A DNA stretch of 29,823 bases from a virus. Taxonomy: Duplodnaviria > Caudoviricetes. Made by a program: the position numbers and the translations under genes. Below, one piece after another: positions 16,228 through 25,154 of this stretch (positions within the stretch are counted from its first letter, which is position 1; every line of letters begins with the position of its first letter). The notes below the pieces were generated by a model, which did no database searches, was not told where the DNA came from, and saw nothing but the letters and a program-made list of their open reading frames with translations. Location: positions 1 to 29,823 of the IMG/VR virus record IMGVR_UViG_3300030095_005266; one strand, 5' to 3'.

Positions 16228-17406
16228 ATGCCCTCAACATTAACCCCTTTAAGAAATAAAAGCACTGTCGCAGGAAGCTTCTCTAAAACGGCACAGAGTC
16301 CTAAAGGTCTAAACAGAGCATCATCTCTTAGTTCTCCCGCCGTAGTCGGCTCACGGGCTCAACAAGGAGTGGGGCCTGGTGGTATTCTTCAATATCCACT
16401 TGACCTTGGCACAGAAGGCAATAGTCATTTCATTTTATTTCATGCTAAAAAAATGACAGCACCAGAACTGAGCTTTGATAATAAAGATATTGATAAGACT
16501 AGAGAAGCTATAAGCAATATAACAAAAAAAGTCGGTGGAAAATTTGATAAAACCTCAGGGCTGCAAGGAAAGTCTGCGCCTGCCGTTAGAGAAACTCTCA
16601 TTAAGAATGCGACAGGAGAATTACAAAAAAAACTATCAGCCAAAGTGCTCTCTAGAAACACTGGCGCAGGCAGTGGAAAATCAATACGAGAGCTTATTAC
16701 TGACTCAGGAAGTATACAAACAGTAAAGAGTATTGCTTTACATTTTCCACCATCAATTCAACAGTCATATGACTTGAAATATAATGAGCAGTCAATTTCT
16801 CCTCAAGCTGCATTTGGTGCATCAATCATAGCAGCATTTGTAGCTCAAGGAGCAACACCCGCTGCATTCAGTAGCATAGTTGATCCAGCTTACAACCTTT
16901 TTAAAAACATGGTAAACAGATCAGGATTGGCTGCATTAGATACAGTTGCGCCAGGGACTTCAACTTTCTATAGTTTGAATAGAGGAAAAGTATTCGCTCC
17001 AAAAATGGAGGTAATGTTTGAAGGAATAGGCAAAAGGTCTTTTTCATATAGTTTTATCTTCAACCCCTCATCTGAGGAAGAAGCTGAAGAAGTTCATAGA
17101 ATAATCACAGCATTTAGGTATCATGCTGCTGCTGATTTTGCAAATGAAACCAGTGCGTTTGGTTTTGAGTTAACAATACCTGATGTTTTTGATATAGAAT
17201 ACTATACAAACAACAATCAAGAAAATGGATATTTACATAAAATAGGAACTTGTTCGCTTGAGAAAGTAGATGTTACATACGGTGGAGATAAATTGACTTG
17301 GCATCCCACAACGAATGATGGTGCTCCGCCTACAAAAACAACCATGACATTAAATTTTAGAGAGCTAAGAACAGTTACGAAAGCCGCTATCGAACAGGGA
17401 TTTTAA
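16228..17406 (+). CDS. gp48: baseplate tail tube cap gp48-like
   Basis: LQYPLD, IALHFPP, PKMEVMFEG...RSFSY.F.F.P.S.EEA, IPDVFDIEY, C.LE.V.V.Y, LNFREL. Confidence 0.85.
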   Translation: MPSTLTPLRNKSTVAGSFSKTAQSPKGLNRASSLSSPAVVGSRAQQGVGPGGILQYPLDLGTEGNSHFILFHAKKMTAPELSFDNKDIDKTREAISNITKKVGGKFDKTSGLQGKSAPAVRETLIKNATGELQKKLSAKVLSRNTGAGSGKSIRELITDSGSIQTVKSIALHFPPSIQQSYDLKYNEQSISPQAAFGASIIAAFVAQGATPAAFSSIVDPAYNLFKNMVNRSGLAALDTVAPGTSTFYSLNRGKVFAPKMEVMFEGIGKRSFSYSFIFNPSSEEEAEEVHRIITAFRYHAAADFANETSAFGFELTIPDVFDIEYYTNNNQENGYLHKIGTCSLEKVDVTYGGDKLTWHPTTNDGAPPTKTTMTLNFRELRTVTKAAIEQGF

Positions 17407-17409
17407 AAA

Positions 17410-17946
17410 ATGTATTTTGCAAATTTTCCTTTTATATTTTACGACTCTGTCGGTAATTTTGATTTTAAGGTTGTAACCAATCTTTTAAGAAGAGTTGCGT
17501 TGAAAGTTAACCTTAGAGGGGATACGCTGGTCTTTGACACCTATGATGTTAGAGATGGTGAATCACCAGAAATTCTTGCCCATAAGCTTTATGGTAATTC
17601 AGAATTGCACTGGATAATTCTTCTAATAAACAATATCACTGATAGGTATCATCAATGGCCAAAACCATACATACAGCATCTATCGTATTTAAATAGCAAA
17701 TATCCAACAGCAGCAAAACTAAATGCTCTGCATCACTATGAGATATCGCAAACCTCTGGTGACACTACAATTAAAATTGATATTGGAAAAGACAATACAG
17801 ATTTTCCAAGTGCGACTGCAATAAGCAATGTTGAATTTGAGGATGATCTACAAACCAAACAAAGGTCAATCCGTTTATTGGACCCATCATATCTACCACA
17901 ATTTATTGAGGAATTTGAAGAGATTATGCAAGAAAGTGCGATTTAA
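17410..17946 (+). CDS. gp53: baseplate wedge subunit gp53
   Basis: MYF.NFP, Y.V.DGESPE.LA.K.YG.SELHWIILL.NNI.D.Y.QWP (LysM-like). Confidence 0.9.
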   Translation: MYFANFPFIFYDSVGNFDFKVVTNLLRRVALKVNLRGDTLVFDTYDVRDGESPEILAHKLYGNSELHWIILLINNITDRYHQWPKPYIQHLSYLNSKYPTAAKLNALHHYEISQTSGDTTIKIDIGKDNTDFPSATAISNVEFEDDLQTKQRSIRLLDPSYLPQFIEEFEEIMQESAI

Positions 17947-19436
17947 TGGCATTAGCAATTAAGAATAAAATTCAAAAAGCAGGTAGTTATGTCGTGGACA
18001 AAGCTGAACTGATTACTTCAGCAGGCGTCAAAGAGAATTTGATTGGCGCTTTTGTGCATATCCAATTTTATGAAGATATAGAGAGTGGTAGTATAACTGG
18101 GCAATGTCTACTCAATGATTTGGTTGACATATCTACACTTGGTCCAATTATCGGACAAGAATATCTTCGATTAAAATTAAAAACAAATACCTCCAAAGAA
18201 TCAGATGAGTCGATTTATGATTTTACAGAAAATATGCTATTGGTAAATTCTTTAAAGGTGTCAGTACCATTGGCAAGTGGAAACAAAATGTTATTGATAG
18301 ATTTTTCTACTTCAGATGTGCAGAAGGATCAAAGAACTAGAATAAATCAGAGTTACACTGGATCGTTTTCTGATATATTTAAGAGAATTATGAGAGATCA
18401 TTTAAATTCAAAAAAGAAATTATATGTAGAACCTTCAAATGGTGTTAAGAAAATAGTGGTTCCGTATCTCAGTCCCTTTGAAACAATCAGTATGATGAAG
18501 AGACAAGCTGTCACCGCCCGTGATGGATCACCAACTTATATGTTTTTTGAAGATTTTAAGGGATATCACTTCAGAAGTTTATCAAGCATGTATGTTCAAC
18601 CTACGAGTTTTACCTATGAAGCTTCGGTGGCTGGTACTAAATCAATCGACTCAGAACAAACTTTGAGAGGACGGGATTTAAAAAGTGCCCCAGCTTTTGA
18701 TTTAGCAACAGTTATTTCTACTAATGTAGGAAATATTGGTGATTCTGCTGCGGGACAAAGGTTGGGCGCTTTTGGCTCTCAATTATTATCTTATGATACA
18801 TACACCAGAAGACATGAAACAACGATATACAACTATTTAGATAATTTCAAATTTGAAACTCATGTTCAAGCTGGCAATGGTGGTGATGTCACCGACTTTC
18901 CATTTATATCTGAAACACCAATAGATGAGAATCAGACTCGTATAAGCGATTTCCCCGCAAGAAGATATTTCGCTCCAAATGCAAATTTTGTTGATAATGA
19001 TAATAATTATACTGATCGATCAGTTTTGCATGACGAACACGGCAGATTTGTTTATAGCGCAACACGGCCTGAAACATGGATACAAAGAAGAGAGTCTCAA
19101 CTCTATCAGTTAAAAAAAGGTATTAGTTGCACGATAAACACGAACGGCAATACTCTTGTAGATTGTGGTGATGTGGTTGAATTCAATATGCCAGCCACAG
19201 CAGCAGTGAAAGCTAGAGATAATGAGAAATATGATTTTTTCTATAGGGGAAGATTTTTGGTGCGTAGGGTGGTACATAATTTTGATTTTGGTTCACAAAA
19301 ACACGAATCCACAATGACACTAATAAAAGACTCTCTAATGGAAGAATTAGCATCAGTTGATGAAAGTTTAGAGACTAAACCACAAGACAATGATATAGTA
19401 ATAGAAGATTTCTATACTAACAATGAAGAAGAATAA
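17946..19436 (+). CDS. baseplate hub-like structural protein (gp27/gpD-like)
   Basis: FYEDI....ITG, YMFFED..GYHFRSL, GN..V.CGDVVEF, YRGRFLV..V.H; follows gp53. Confidence 0.6.
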   Translation: MALAIKNKIQKAGSYVVDKAELITSAGVKENLIGAFVHIQFYEDIESGSITGQCLLNDLVDISTLGPIIGQEYLRLKLKTNTSKESDESIYDFTENMLLVNSLKVSVPLASGNKMLLIDFSTSDVQKDQRTRINQSYTGSFSDIFKRIMRDHLNSKKKLYVEPSNGVKKIVVPYLSPFETISMMKRQAVTARDGSPTYMFFEDFKGYHFRSLSSMYVQPTSFTYEASVAGTKSIDSEQTLRGRDLKSAPAFDLATVISTNVGNIGDSAAGQRLGAFGSQLLSYDTYTRRHETTIYNYLDNFKFETHVQAGNGGDVTDFPFISETPIDENQTRISDFPARRYFAPNANFVDNDNNYTDRSVLHDEHGRFVYSATRPETWIQRRESQLYQLKKGISCTINTNGNTLVDCGDVVEFNMPATAAVKARDNEKYDFFYRGRFLVRRVVHNFDFGSQKHESTMTLIKDSLMEELASVDESLETKPQDNDIVIEDFYTNNEEE

Positions 19437-19501
19437 CACACGAAAGGAGTAGTATTAACTTAATTATCATGCCAACAACATATCATAAAAAGGAAGAAAA
19501 A

Positions 19502-19684
19502 ATGGCCAGAACAAGAAATCGTATCAAAAAAATGAACTTTCAAATTCAAGAGCGAAGAGTAGAAGAACTAACTCCACTTTCAGATGATGATAAATACATT
19601 ATAGCGATGGCAGGATATCAAAAGCTAATAGGAAAAGATTATGAAGACATTCCAAGATTTACAAGAGGGACTACAAGACCCTAA
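19502..19684 (+). CDS. hypothetical basic protein
   Basis: ORF track frame; AAGGAAG before MARTRNR; start could be 19469. Confidence 0.45.
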   Translation: MARTRNRIKKMNFQIQERRVEELTPLSDDDKYIIAMAGYQKLIGKDYEDIPRFTRGTTRP

Positions 19685-20465
19685 CATATTCAAAGCGTTC
19701 TTTCTAGCTGGTGGACCTGGCAGCGGTAAGTCATTCGTTGTCAGGAAAACCACTGGTGGAACAGGATTGCGTATCGTCAACTCTGATGACATTTTTGAGA
19801 AGTATCTCAAGGACGCCGGACTTGAAATGGACATGCGAACCACAAGAGCAGAACGTGAGGAAGAAGAACGTGATAAGTTAAGAGATAGGGCAAAAACCAT
19901 AACCAAGAAGAAACGAGATAATTATGTCGAGGGACGCCTTGGCCTAGTTATTGATGGCACTGGTAAGGACTATGACAAGATTACAAAACAGTCTACTGAG
20001 CTTAAACAATTGGGTTATGATACATATATGATATTTGTCAACACCACTTTAGATGTTGCTCTTGTTCGTAATGTAGAACGTGAGCGTAGTGTGTCAGATT
20101 CAGTTGCAACCAAGTCATGGAAACAAGTGCAGAGTAACTTGGGTAAGTTCAGTCAACACTTTCAAGGTAACTTGGTCATCGTGGATAACAACGATGAAAA
20201 GGAAGATGATGGCACTATCTTCAATAACATATTCGTTCAAATTAGAAAATTGCTCAGAAAGAAAGTGACGAGCCCCACAGCAAAGGCGTGGATTAGAAAT
20301 GAAATGGAACTAAGGGGTATCACCAGAGCACCATCTGGTAGAAATGTTGGTAGATTTGGCGGACAGCCGGGTGCAAAACCAAAAGGTGGATTGCCGGGTT
20401 CTGGTGGCTTCAAAGTGAAGATGGGTAGAAAAAGACCTAAAACTGGTAGATACGCAAAAAAATAA
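19641..20465 (+). CDS. zeta-toxin-like P-loop kinase
   Basis: LAGGPGSGKS, IVNSDD, VIDGTG, IFVNTTLDVAL.RN..RER; GATAAATA late promoter at 19589-19596. Confidence 0.8.
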   Translation: MKTFQDLQEGLQDPNIFKAFFLAGGPGSGKSFVVRKTTGGTGLRIVNSDDIFEKYLKDAGLEMDMRTTRAEREEEERDKLRDRAKTITKKKRDNYVEGRLGLVIDGTGKDYDKITKQSTELKQLGYDTYMIFVNTTLDVALVRNVERERSVSDSVATKSWKQVQSNLGKFSQHFQGNLVIVDNNDEKEDDGTIFNNIFVQIRKLLRKKVTSPTAKAWIRNEMELRGITRAPSGRNVGRFGGQPGAKPKGGLPGSGGFKVKMGRKRPKTGRYAKK

Positions 20466-20466
20466 C

Positions 20467-20500
20467 TTGACAATATCATCTAAATGTGCGATACTATAAT
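20467..20500 (+). promoter_or_regulatory. sigma70-like early promoter
   Basis: TTGACA 20467-20472; GATACTATAAT 20490-20500. Confidence 0.6.
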
Positions 20501-20501
20501 A

Positions 20502-20705
20502 ATGATGATAAAACTTACAGGTATAACGAACCACGGCAAGAACCGTGTTCGTGAGCATGGTGACCTCTGGGAAGTCCTAGAGTTGCCTACAGGTGTGATA
20601 AAAATGTCACACAAACCCCCCTTTCCCCCCATAAAATCAGTCAAAACAGGCGAAGAGAGATGGCTAGATGATGTCAATTTTTCTTGGATTCCCGAAAGAT
20701 TTTAG
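20502..20705 (+). CDS. hypothetical protein (possibly leaderless)
   Basis: MMIKLTGITNHGKNRVREHG...; ATG directly after the -10 region, no SD. Confidence 0.7.
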   Translation: MMIKLTGITNHGKNRVREHGDLWEVLELPTGVIKMSHKPPFPPIKSVKTGEERWLDDVNFSWIPERF

Positions 20706-20760
20706 TTGACAAGCCCTGTTTCGTATGCAATAATGTATATAGTGATGATGAGAAAAGAGG
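20706..20760 (+). promoter_or_regulatory. early promoter/leader cassette copy 1
   Basis: TTGACA...TATGCAATAATGTATATAGTGATGATGAGAAAAGAGG. Confidence 0.65.
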
Positions 20761-20765
20761 TTGAT

Positions 20766-21062
20766 ATGACTACGAACACCGCTGAATATGCAAAAAAGTG
20801 GCGCTCTGATAATCGGGAAAAAGTATTGGAGTCCAAAAAACGCTATCGCAACTCCGAAAAGGGCCGTGCTGCAAGGAAACGCTATCTTGAAGAGAACAAG
20901 GAAAAAATTTGTGCTGCAACGGCAGCGTGGAGAAAGAAGAACTCCGAAAAGGTTCGTGCGTATGGTGCCAAGTACAGAGATGCGAAACGTCTTGAGAGAG
21001 AATATGCCGAGTGGGATGACACTCTTCGTGAATTGGGTTACGCCGACCTAATTAAAGCTTGA
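20766..21062 (+). CDS. basic helical-repeat hypothetical protein
   Basis: Repeating K/R-[WY]-R-x-x-N-x-E-K units; GAGG SD before MTTNTAEY. Confidence 0.7.
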   Translation: MTTNTAEYAKKWRSDNREKVLESKKRYRNSEKGRAARKRYLEENKEKICAATAAWRKKNSEKVRAYGAKYRDAKRLEREYAEWDDTLRELGYADLIKA

Positions 21063-21112
21063 CAAACCCTGTACCATATGGTACTATTAATTATAGTGAG
21101 AAACAAAAGAGG
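21059..21112 (+). promoter_or_regulatory. early promoter/leader cassette copy 2
   Basis: TTGACA-17-TACTAT (extended TG), then TAATTATAGTGAGAAACAAAAGAGG. Confidence 0.8.
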
Positions 21113-21120
21113 TTATTGAT

Positions 21121-21495
21121 ATGACTGTTCATGTAAAAGACGCTTCTAAGTCGGTTCTGTCTGGTCTTGGCAAGATGAAAGCTGCCATGATTGAGGACTA
21201 TGCGAAGTTCATGCCCCCTACCAAGTCGGACACTACGGCAAAGATGAACAAAGAGTATGCAGAGAACTTCACCATCAAATACGGTAAGAAGTATATCAAG
21301 ATTGTGTCAGATGGCGGTGGTGTAAAGGCTTTCGTTGTCGGTGTTGAAAATGACAAGAGGTTCAAGTTGGGTGATATTCTGTTGCCTGCTGGTTACAACG
21401 CTCCCGCTCGGAACTTTGCCCGTGGTAATATTCTTGATGGTGATTATACTATTGCTTGGACCGGCGCCTTATATGCCGGTGGCACCCCAAGGTAA
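21121..21495 (+). CDS. conserved marine phage hypothetical protein
   Basis: GKKYIKIV, FKLGDIL.PAGYNAPARNFARGNI motif. Confidence 0.8.
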   Translation: MTVHVKDASKSVLSGLGKMKAAMIEDYAKFMPPTKSDTTAKMNKEYAENFTIKYGKKYIKIVSDGGGVKAFVVGVENDKRFKLGDILLPAGYNAPARNFARGNILDGDYTIAWTGALYAGGTPR

Positions 21496-21513
21496 ATGGG
21501 GGTCATTTTCCCC

Positions 21514-21567
21514 TTGACAATACTCCTTGAGTATGGTATAGTTAGTTATAGTGAGAAATAAAGAGAG
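21514..21567 (+). promoter_or_regulatory. early promoter/leader cassette copy 3
   Basis: TTGACA-17-TATAGT (extended TG), then TAGTTATAGTGAGAAATAAAGAGAG. Confidence 0.8.
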
Positions 21568-21574
21568 AAATGAA

Positions 21575-21934
21575 ATGGCATATGTAAGCAAAGAAGACAA
21601 GAAGACCCTCGCTCCTGCGATTAAGAAGGTTCTTGCCGAATACGGTGTGAAGGGAACCATCAAGGTTAACCATCACAGCACTCTGGTTGTGACCCTTCGG
21701 AAGGTTCCTGCTGGACTCTTCACCCCGAAAGAGATTGCCGATGGTGATGTGAACGTCTACCACATTGATACGTTCTTTGAGGGAACTGCCAAGAAGTTTC
21801 TAAACAAACTGTTGGACGCCATGAAGGGCCCGAAATACTTCAACAACGATGATGCGATGACTGACTATTTTCATCGGAGTCATTATACCGATATCAAGAT
21901 TGGTGAGTGGAACAAACCTGTGGAGATTTTGTAA
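21575..21934 (+). CDS. conserved phage hypothetical protein
   Basis: MAYVSKEDKK.LAPAIKKVL..YGVKG, DAMTDYF...HY..I.IG.W.KP. Confidence 0.8.
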   Translation: MAYVSKEDKKTLAPAIKKVLAEYGVKGTIKVNHHSTLVVTLRKVPAGLFTPKEIADGDVNVYHIDTFFEGTAKKFLNKLLDAMKGPKYFNNDDAMTDYFHRSHYTDIKIGEWNKPVEIL

Positions 21935-22236
21935 TGGAAAAGATTGATGCATTAACGAAGACGTTGTTGTGTGAGACTGCTGCTGTCATTCATGTGATTG
22001 ACAAGGGTGCCACCACGGTTGCGATGGTTGACGTTGAGAAAGGTGCGACTGACACCGCAAAGTTAGAAACTGCTTTTATGAAGACCAACAGCATCACTGA
22101 TGGTTGGTGGAACAACGAGGGTGTCACCACGATGTTCGATGGTAAGACCTGTCGGAGCACCAGTGTCGGTGATATGATACTGCTTGAGAATGGTAAGAAG
22201 TTTAAGTGTGAAATTTTTGGATGGGAGGAAGTTTAA
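21934..22236 (+). CDS. YodL-like domain protein
   Basis: RSTSVGDMI...C...GW C-terminal motif; TAATG coupling. Confidence 0.55.
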   Translation: MEKIDALTKTLLCETAAVIHVIDKGATTVAMVDVEKGATDTAKLETAFMKTNSITDGWWNNEGVTTMFDGKTCRSTSVGDMILLENGKKFKCEIFGWEEV

Positions 22237-22535
22237 TGATATTTTCTGTTTTAAACAGTGAAGCAGTATCAACAAGTGGTACATCTTTGGTAGGAACCGT
22301 CAAAACGACCTATGACGAACTTGTAGAAAAGTTTGACGAACCAACTTATACATATGGTGACAAGACCACTGCTGAGTGGAATCTGTCATTTGAAGTTGGC
22401 GATGATTCGGTTATTGCCACCATCTACGATTGGAAAACCCAAGACACCCCAATGGGTGAGTATGACTGGCATATCGGTGGATTCTCTATGGATGCCGTGG
22501 ATGTAGTAACAGAGGCTTTAAATAAGGAAGTTTGA
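22236..22535 (+). CDS. conserved phage hypothetical protein
   Basis: GTSL.G.V.TTY.ELV..F..P, DK...EW, ATIYDWK, WHIGG. Confidence 0.75.
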   Translation: MIFSVLNSEAVSTSGTSLVGTVKTTYDELVEKFDEPTYTYGDKTTAEWNLSFEVGDDSVIATIYDWKTQDTPMGEYDWHIGGFSMDAVDVVTEALNKEV

Positions 22536-22735
22536 TGACAAATAATCCAGACAGAGATATGGAGCGCAAGGAAAAACTTAACTTGCCTAAGCTAAAAATC
22601 CTCACGGATGAGTATGAGTTTCTATCAAATAAATTCAAGGGAAGTAGACCCAAATGTGTTCGTAATAGGTTAAAACGACTAGAGGATGTTATTAAAGTGA
22701 AGGCAGAATATGAGGAGGCACTGAAAAATGCTTAA
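22535..22735 (+). CDS. hypothetical protein
   Basis: ORF track; AAGGAAG SD; TGATG coupling. Confidence 0.65.
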   Translation: MTNNPDRDMERKEKLNLPKLKILTDEYEFLSNKFKGSRPKCVRNRLKRLEDVIKVKAEYEEALKNA

Positions 22736-23030
22736 AGCGTTGATGATAATTACTATGGTATCTGGTGCAGAATACACTGTAAAACTTCCAACAATGGAAC
22801 AGTGTATGAGAGAAACCGTACCTGTTAAATCGCAGAATGATGTGGTGAGTGTGGCTTGTGTTCCAAGGACAGACGAGCCATCTGTTCAATTGCCAACTGA
22901 AATCTTTGCCCAATTCATAGACATGTTCATGATGATGGAAGAGCAGCGAAAATGGGATTGTGATGAGAAGTGTAAAATCAGGAAGAAAATGTGGCAGCCG
23001 GGTGAAGATTACTACCCGCCGAAACCATAA
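22728..23030 (+). CDS. hypothetical protein
   Basis: ORF track; GAGG SD; C..C pair. Confidence 0.65.
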   Translation: MLKALMIITMVSGAEYTVKLPTMEQCMRETVPVKSQNDVVSVACVPRTDEPSVQLPTEIFAQFIDMFMMMEEQRKWDCDEKCKIRKKMWQPGEDYYPPKP

Positions 23031-23038
23031 ATAAAGAC

Positions 23039-23347
23039 ATGGTGACGCTTACTGAAAGTGCAAAGAAGTATATGAAAAGTGTTATCTTGAATGGTGACCA
23101 TGTATCCCTAAGTGTTAGAGGTGGTGGCTGTTCGGGGTTCCAGTATGTGTGGGGATTAAGATATGATCACCCAGAAGTTAAATGGTCAGACCCGATAGAA
23201 GATGTATTGGTGGTTGACCCTCTTGCAGAGATGTATTTGATGGGCAGTGAAATAGACTATGTAACAGAGTTAGGCGGTTCATATCTTGCCGTCAAGAACC
23301 CAGTGCAAACTAGCTCATGCGGTTGCGGGGAAAGTTTTGGAGTATAA
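23039..23347 (+). CDS. IscA/HesB-family Fe-S cluster assembly protein
   Basis: GGGCSGFQY, GSEIDY, NP...SSCGCGESF; CATAAATA late promoter at 23026-23033. Confidence 0.93.
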   Translation: MVTLTESAKKYMKSVILNGDHVSLSVRGGGCSGFQYVWGLRYDHPEVKWSDPIEDVLVVDPLAEMYLMGSEIDYVTELGGSYLAVKNPVQTSSCGCGESFGV

Positions 23348-23349
23348 CC

Positions 23350-23817
23350 ATGTATGAATATAGTTGCAAAATCGTAAGAGTGGTGGATGGTGATACAGTG
23401 GATGTTGATATTGACCTTGGGTTTGGTGTATGGATGCATAAAGAACGCATCCGATTGCATGGCATCGACACACCAGAAAGTAGAACAAGAGATTCTATTG
23501 AGAAAAAATTTGGTTTTCTTGCAAAGGAAATGATTGAGTCATATCTTCCTGTCGGGTCCATACAAACACTGGTTACGGTAAAAGATAAAGCTGGTAAGTT
23601 TGGTAGGATACTAGGTAAGTTCAAGATATACGATGGAAAAGAGGACAGGCAAACAACTATAAATGAATGGATGATTGAGAACCACTATGCTGTAGCATAT
23701 CTTGGCCAATCTAAAGAATCCATTGCGTCTGAACATCTTATTAACTATGAAAAGGTAATTGAAAATGTTGATCTCACTGAGAATGAGCTTGCTTTGTACA
23801 TTAATAGTCGCTCTTAG
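23350..23817 (+). CDS. staphylococcal nuclease (thermonuclease)-like protein
   Basis: RVVDGDTVDV, RIRLHGIDTPESRT, GKFGRILG. Confidence 0.9.
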   Translation: MYEYSCKIVRVVDGDTVDVDIDLGFGVWMHKERIRLHGIDTPESRTRDSIEKKFGFLAKEMIESYLPVGSIQTLVTVKDKAGKFGRILGKFKIYDGKEDRQTTINEWMIENHYAVAYLGQSKESIASEHLINYEKVIENVDLTENELALYINSRS

Positions 23818-24034
23818 TGGTTGTCTGCCAGTCACTATTGTGGGTGGTGTTATAGGCATTAGTGACTCGATAGGAAAAAATCGAAGGATGGATAGAATTG
23901 AGTTGAGAATTGATGCATTAGAGAAATCTAAAGATGTGGCAGAACATAAGCCATATGTCCCATCATACCACAATATGAATCTGATGACAAAACACAATAC
24001 GGATTTGCTTGGAATAAACTATAAAGGAAAATAA
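23783..24034 (+). CDS. predicted lipoprotein
   Basis: Hydrophobic leader ending in the lipobox L-S-G-C; start uncertain (23765 or 23783). Confidence 0.5.
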   Translation: MSLLCTLIVALSGCLPVTIVGGVIGISDSIGKNRRMDRIELRIDALEKSKDVAEHKPYVPSYHNMNLMTKHNTDLLGINYKGK

Positions 24035-24039
24035 AAAAA

Positions 24040-24234
24040 ATGGAACCGAATTGGAGCAAATTGTGGGACACCCCACAACGAAAGATATGCACGAAACAAG
24101 AGGTCACTGATAAGTTGAACTCACTAGAAGAAACTGGTGAGAATTATTACTTTGAATATATATCCAGTGATTCTTGGGGTGCTAATACAGATGAAGCATA
24201 CATAAAGATTAAGAAGAGAATTGCTGTAGACTAA
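24040..24234 (+). CDS. hypothetical protein
   Basis: ORF track; fills the gap in the operon. Confidence 0.6.
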   Translation: MEPNWSKLWDTPQRKICTKQEVTDKLNSLEETGENYYFEYISSDSWGANTDEAYIKIKKRIAVD

Positions 24235-24249
24235 AAATTGGGTTTTGTT

Positions 24250-24867
24250 ATGGATAATATGATAAGAGTTTATGAGGATGTTCTTAGTCAAGAATTTTGT
24301 CAGAAGCTAATAGACAAATTTGAAGATACAGACGAAAAAGCTGTTTGGAATGATTACAGGAAATTTTCAGATACGCTTCTTTTAGACAACCCAGAATACT
24401 GGAAGGATGAGATTCCAGTATGCTTGGATGCGTTCACTCAAATAATTCAAAAATATAAAAATGACCTTCCTTGGCCTGACCAGCACAAAAAACTATTCCC
24501 AGAAGAATATGCTCTTGAGGGCATCAAACTAAAAAAATACTCACCCAATGATGTGGATGAGTTTCCCTGGCACACAGATGTTACAGCAAGAGAAACTGCT
24601 ATGAGGTTTCTTGCGTTTTTTATCTACCTTGATGACAACGATGCTGGTGAGACAGAGTTTATTGAAAACACTATATCAACGATGTCAGTGAAATGCATTG
24701 GTGGTCGAGCAATAGTGTTTCCACCAATGTTTCCTTGGGTCCATTGTGGTAAAAAGCCTGTGAACAAACCAAAATATCTATTACAAAGCTACCTTCATTA
24801 CACATTACCAATCAATAAACCAACGAAGTCTGAATCAGAAATGCTGGTCAGACAAAGAGGACAATAG
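24250..24867 (+). CDS. 2OG-Fe(II) oxygenase (prolyl-hydroxylase-like)
   Basis: FPWHTD, RFLAFFIYL, GETEF, VFPPMFPWVHCG, KYLL. Confidence 0.88.
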   Translation: MDNMIRVYEDVLSQEFCQKLIDKFEDTDEKAVWNDYRKFSDTLLLDNPEYWKDEIPVCLDAFTQIIQKYKNDLPWPDQHKKLFPEEYALEGIKLKKYSPNDVDEFPWHTDVTARETAMRFLAFFIYLDDNDAGETEFIENTISTMSVKCIGGRAIVFPPMFPWVHCGKKPVNKPKYLLQSYLHYTLPINKPTKSESEMLVRQRGQ

Positions 24868-24869
24868 AG

Positions 24870-25154
24870 ATGGAAGGAAAATATACATTTGTTGTAAAAG
24901 AGGACGATGATAATGTGTCTGTCTGCATAACCGATGGTGGCAAATATCATGGTGTTGTCTATAAGTATGGAGTGGTGAGTGTTCCAGAGAAAGAAAATGC
25001 AGATGGAACCTTGCCATTTCGTTTTGAGTATGATATAGTGGACAACTATAATGTGCCAAAAGAAGAGTTCAATGATGATTTTTTTAATCTCATTGGCGAC
25101 ATTCTGGTTCATATTATTGAAAACCAAGAAGAGGGTGTGAATGACAACAATTGA
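24870..25154 (+). CDS. gp40-like head vertex assembly chaperone (tentative)
   Basis: Small acidic protein (VVYKYG.V, F.FEY, IGDIL..II) overlapping the gene 41 start, as gene 40 does in T4. Confidence 0.45.
   Translation: MEGKYTFVVKEDDDNVSVCITDGGKYHGVVYKYGVVSVPEKENADGTLPFRFEYDIVDNYNVPKEEFNDDFFNLIGDILVHIIENQEEGVNDNN

Noticed and set aside
19469-20465. Epsilon/zeta toxin-antitoxin pair
   Set aside because: Upstream ORF is basic with no epsilon-like features, and the kinase has its own late promoter motif.
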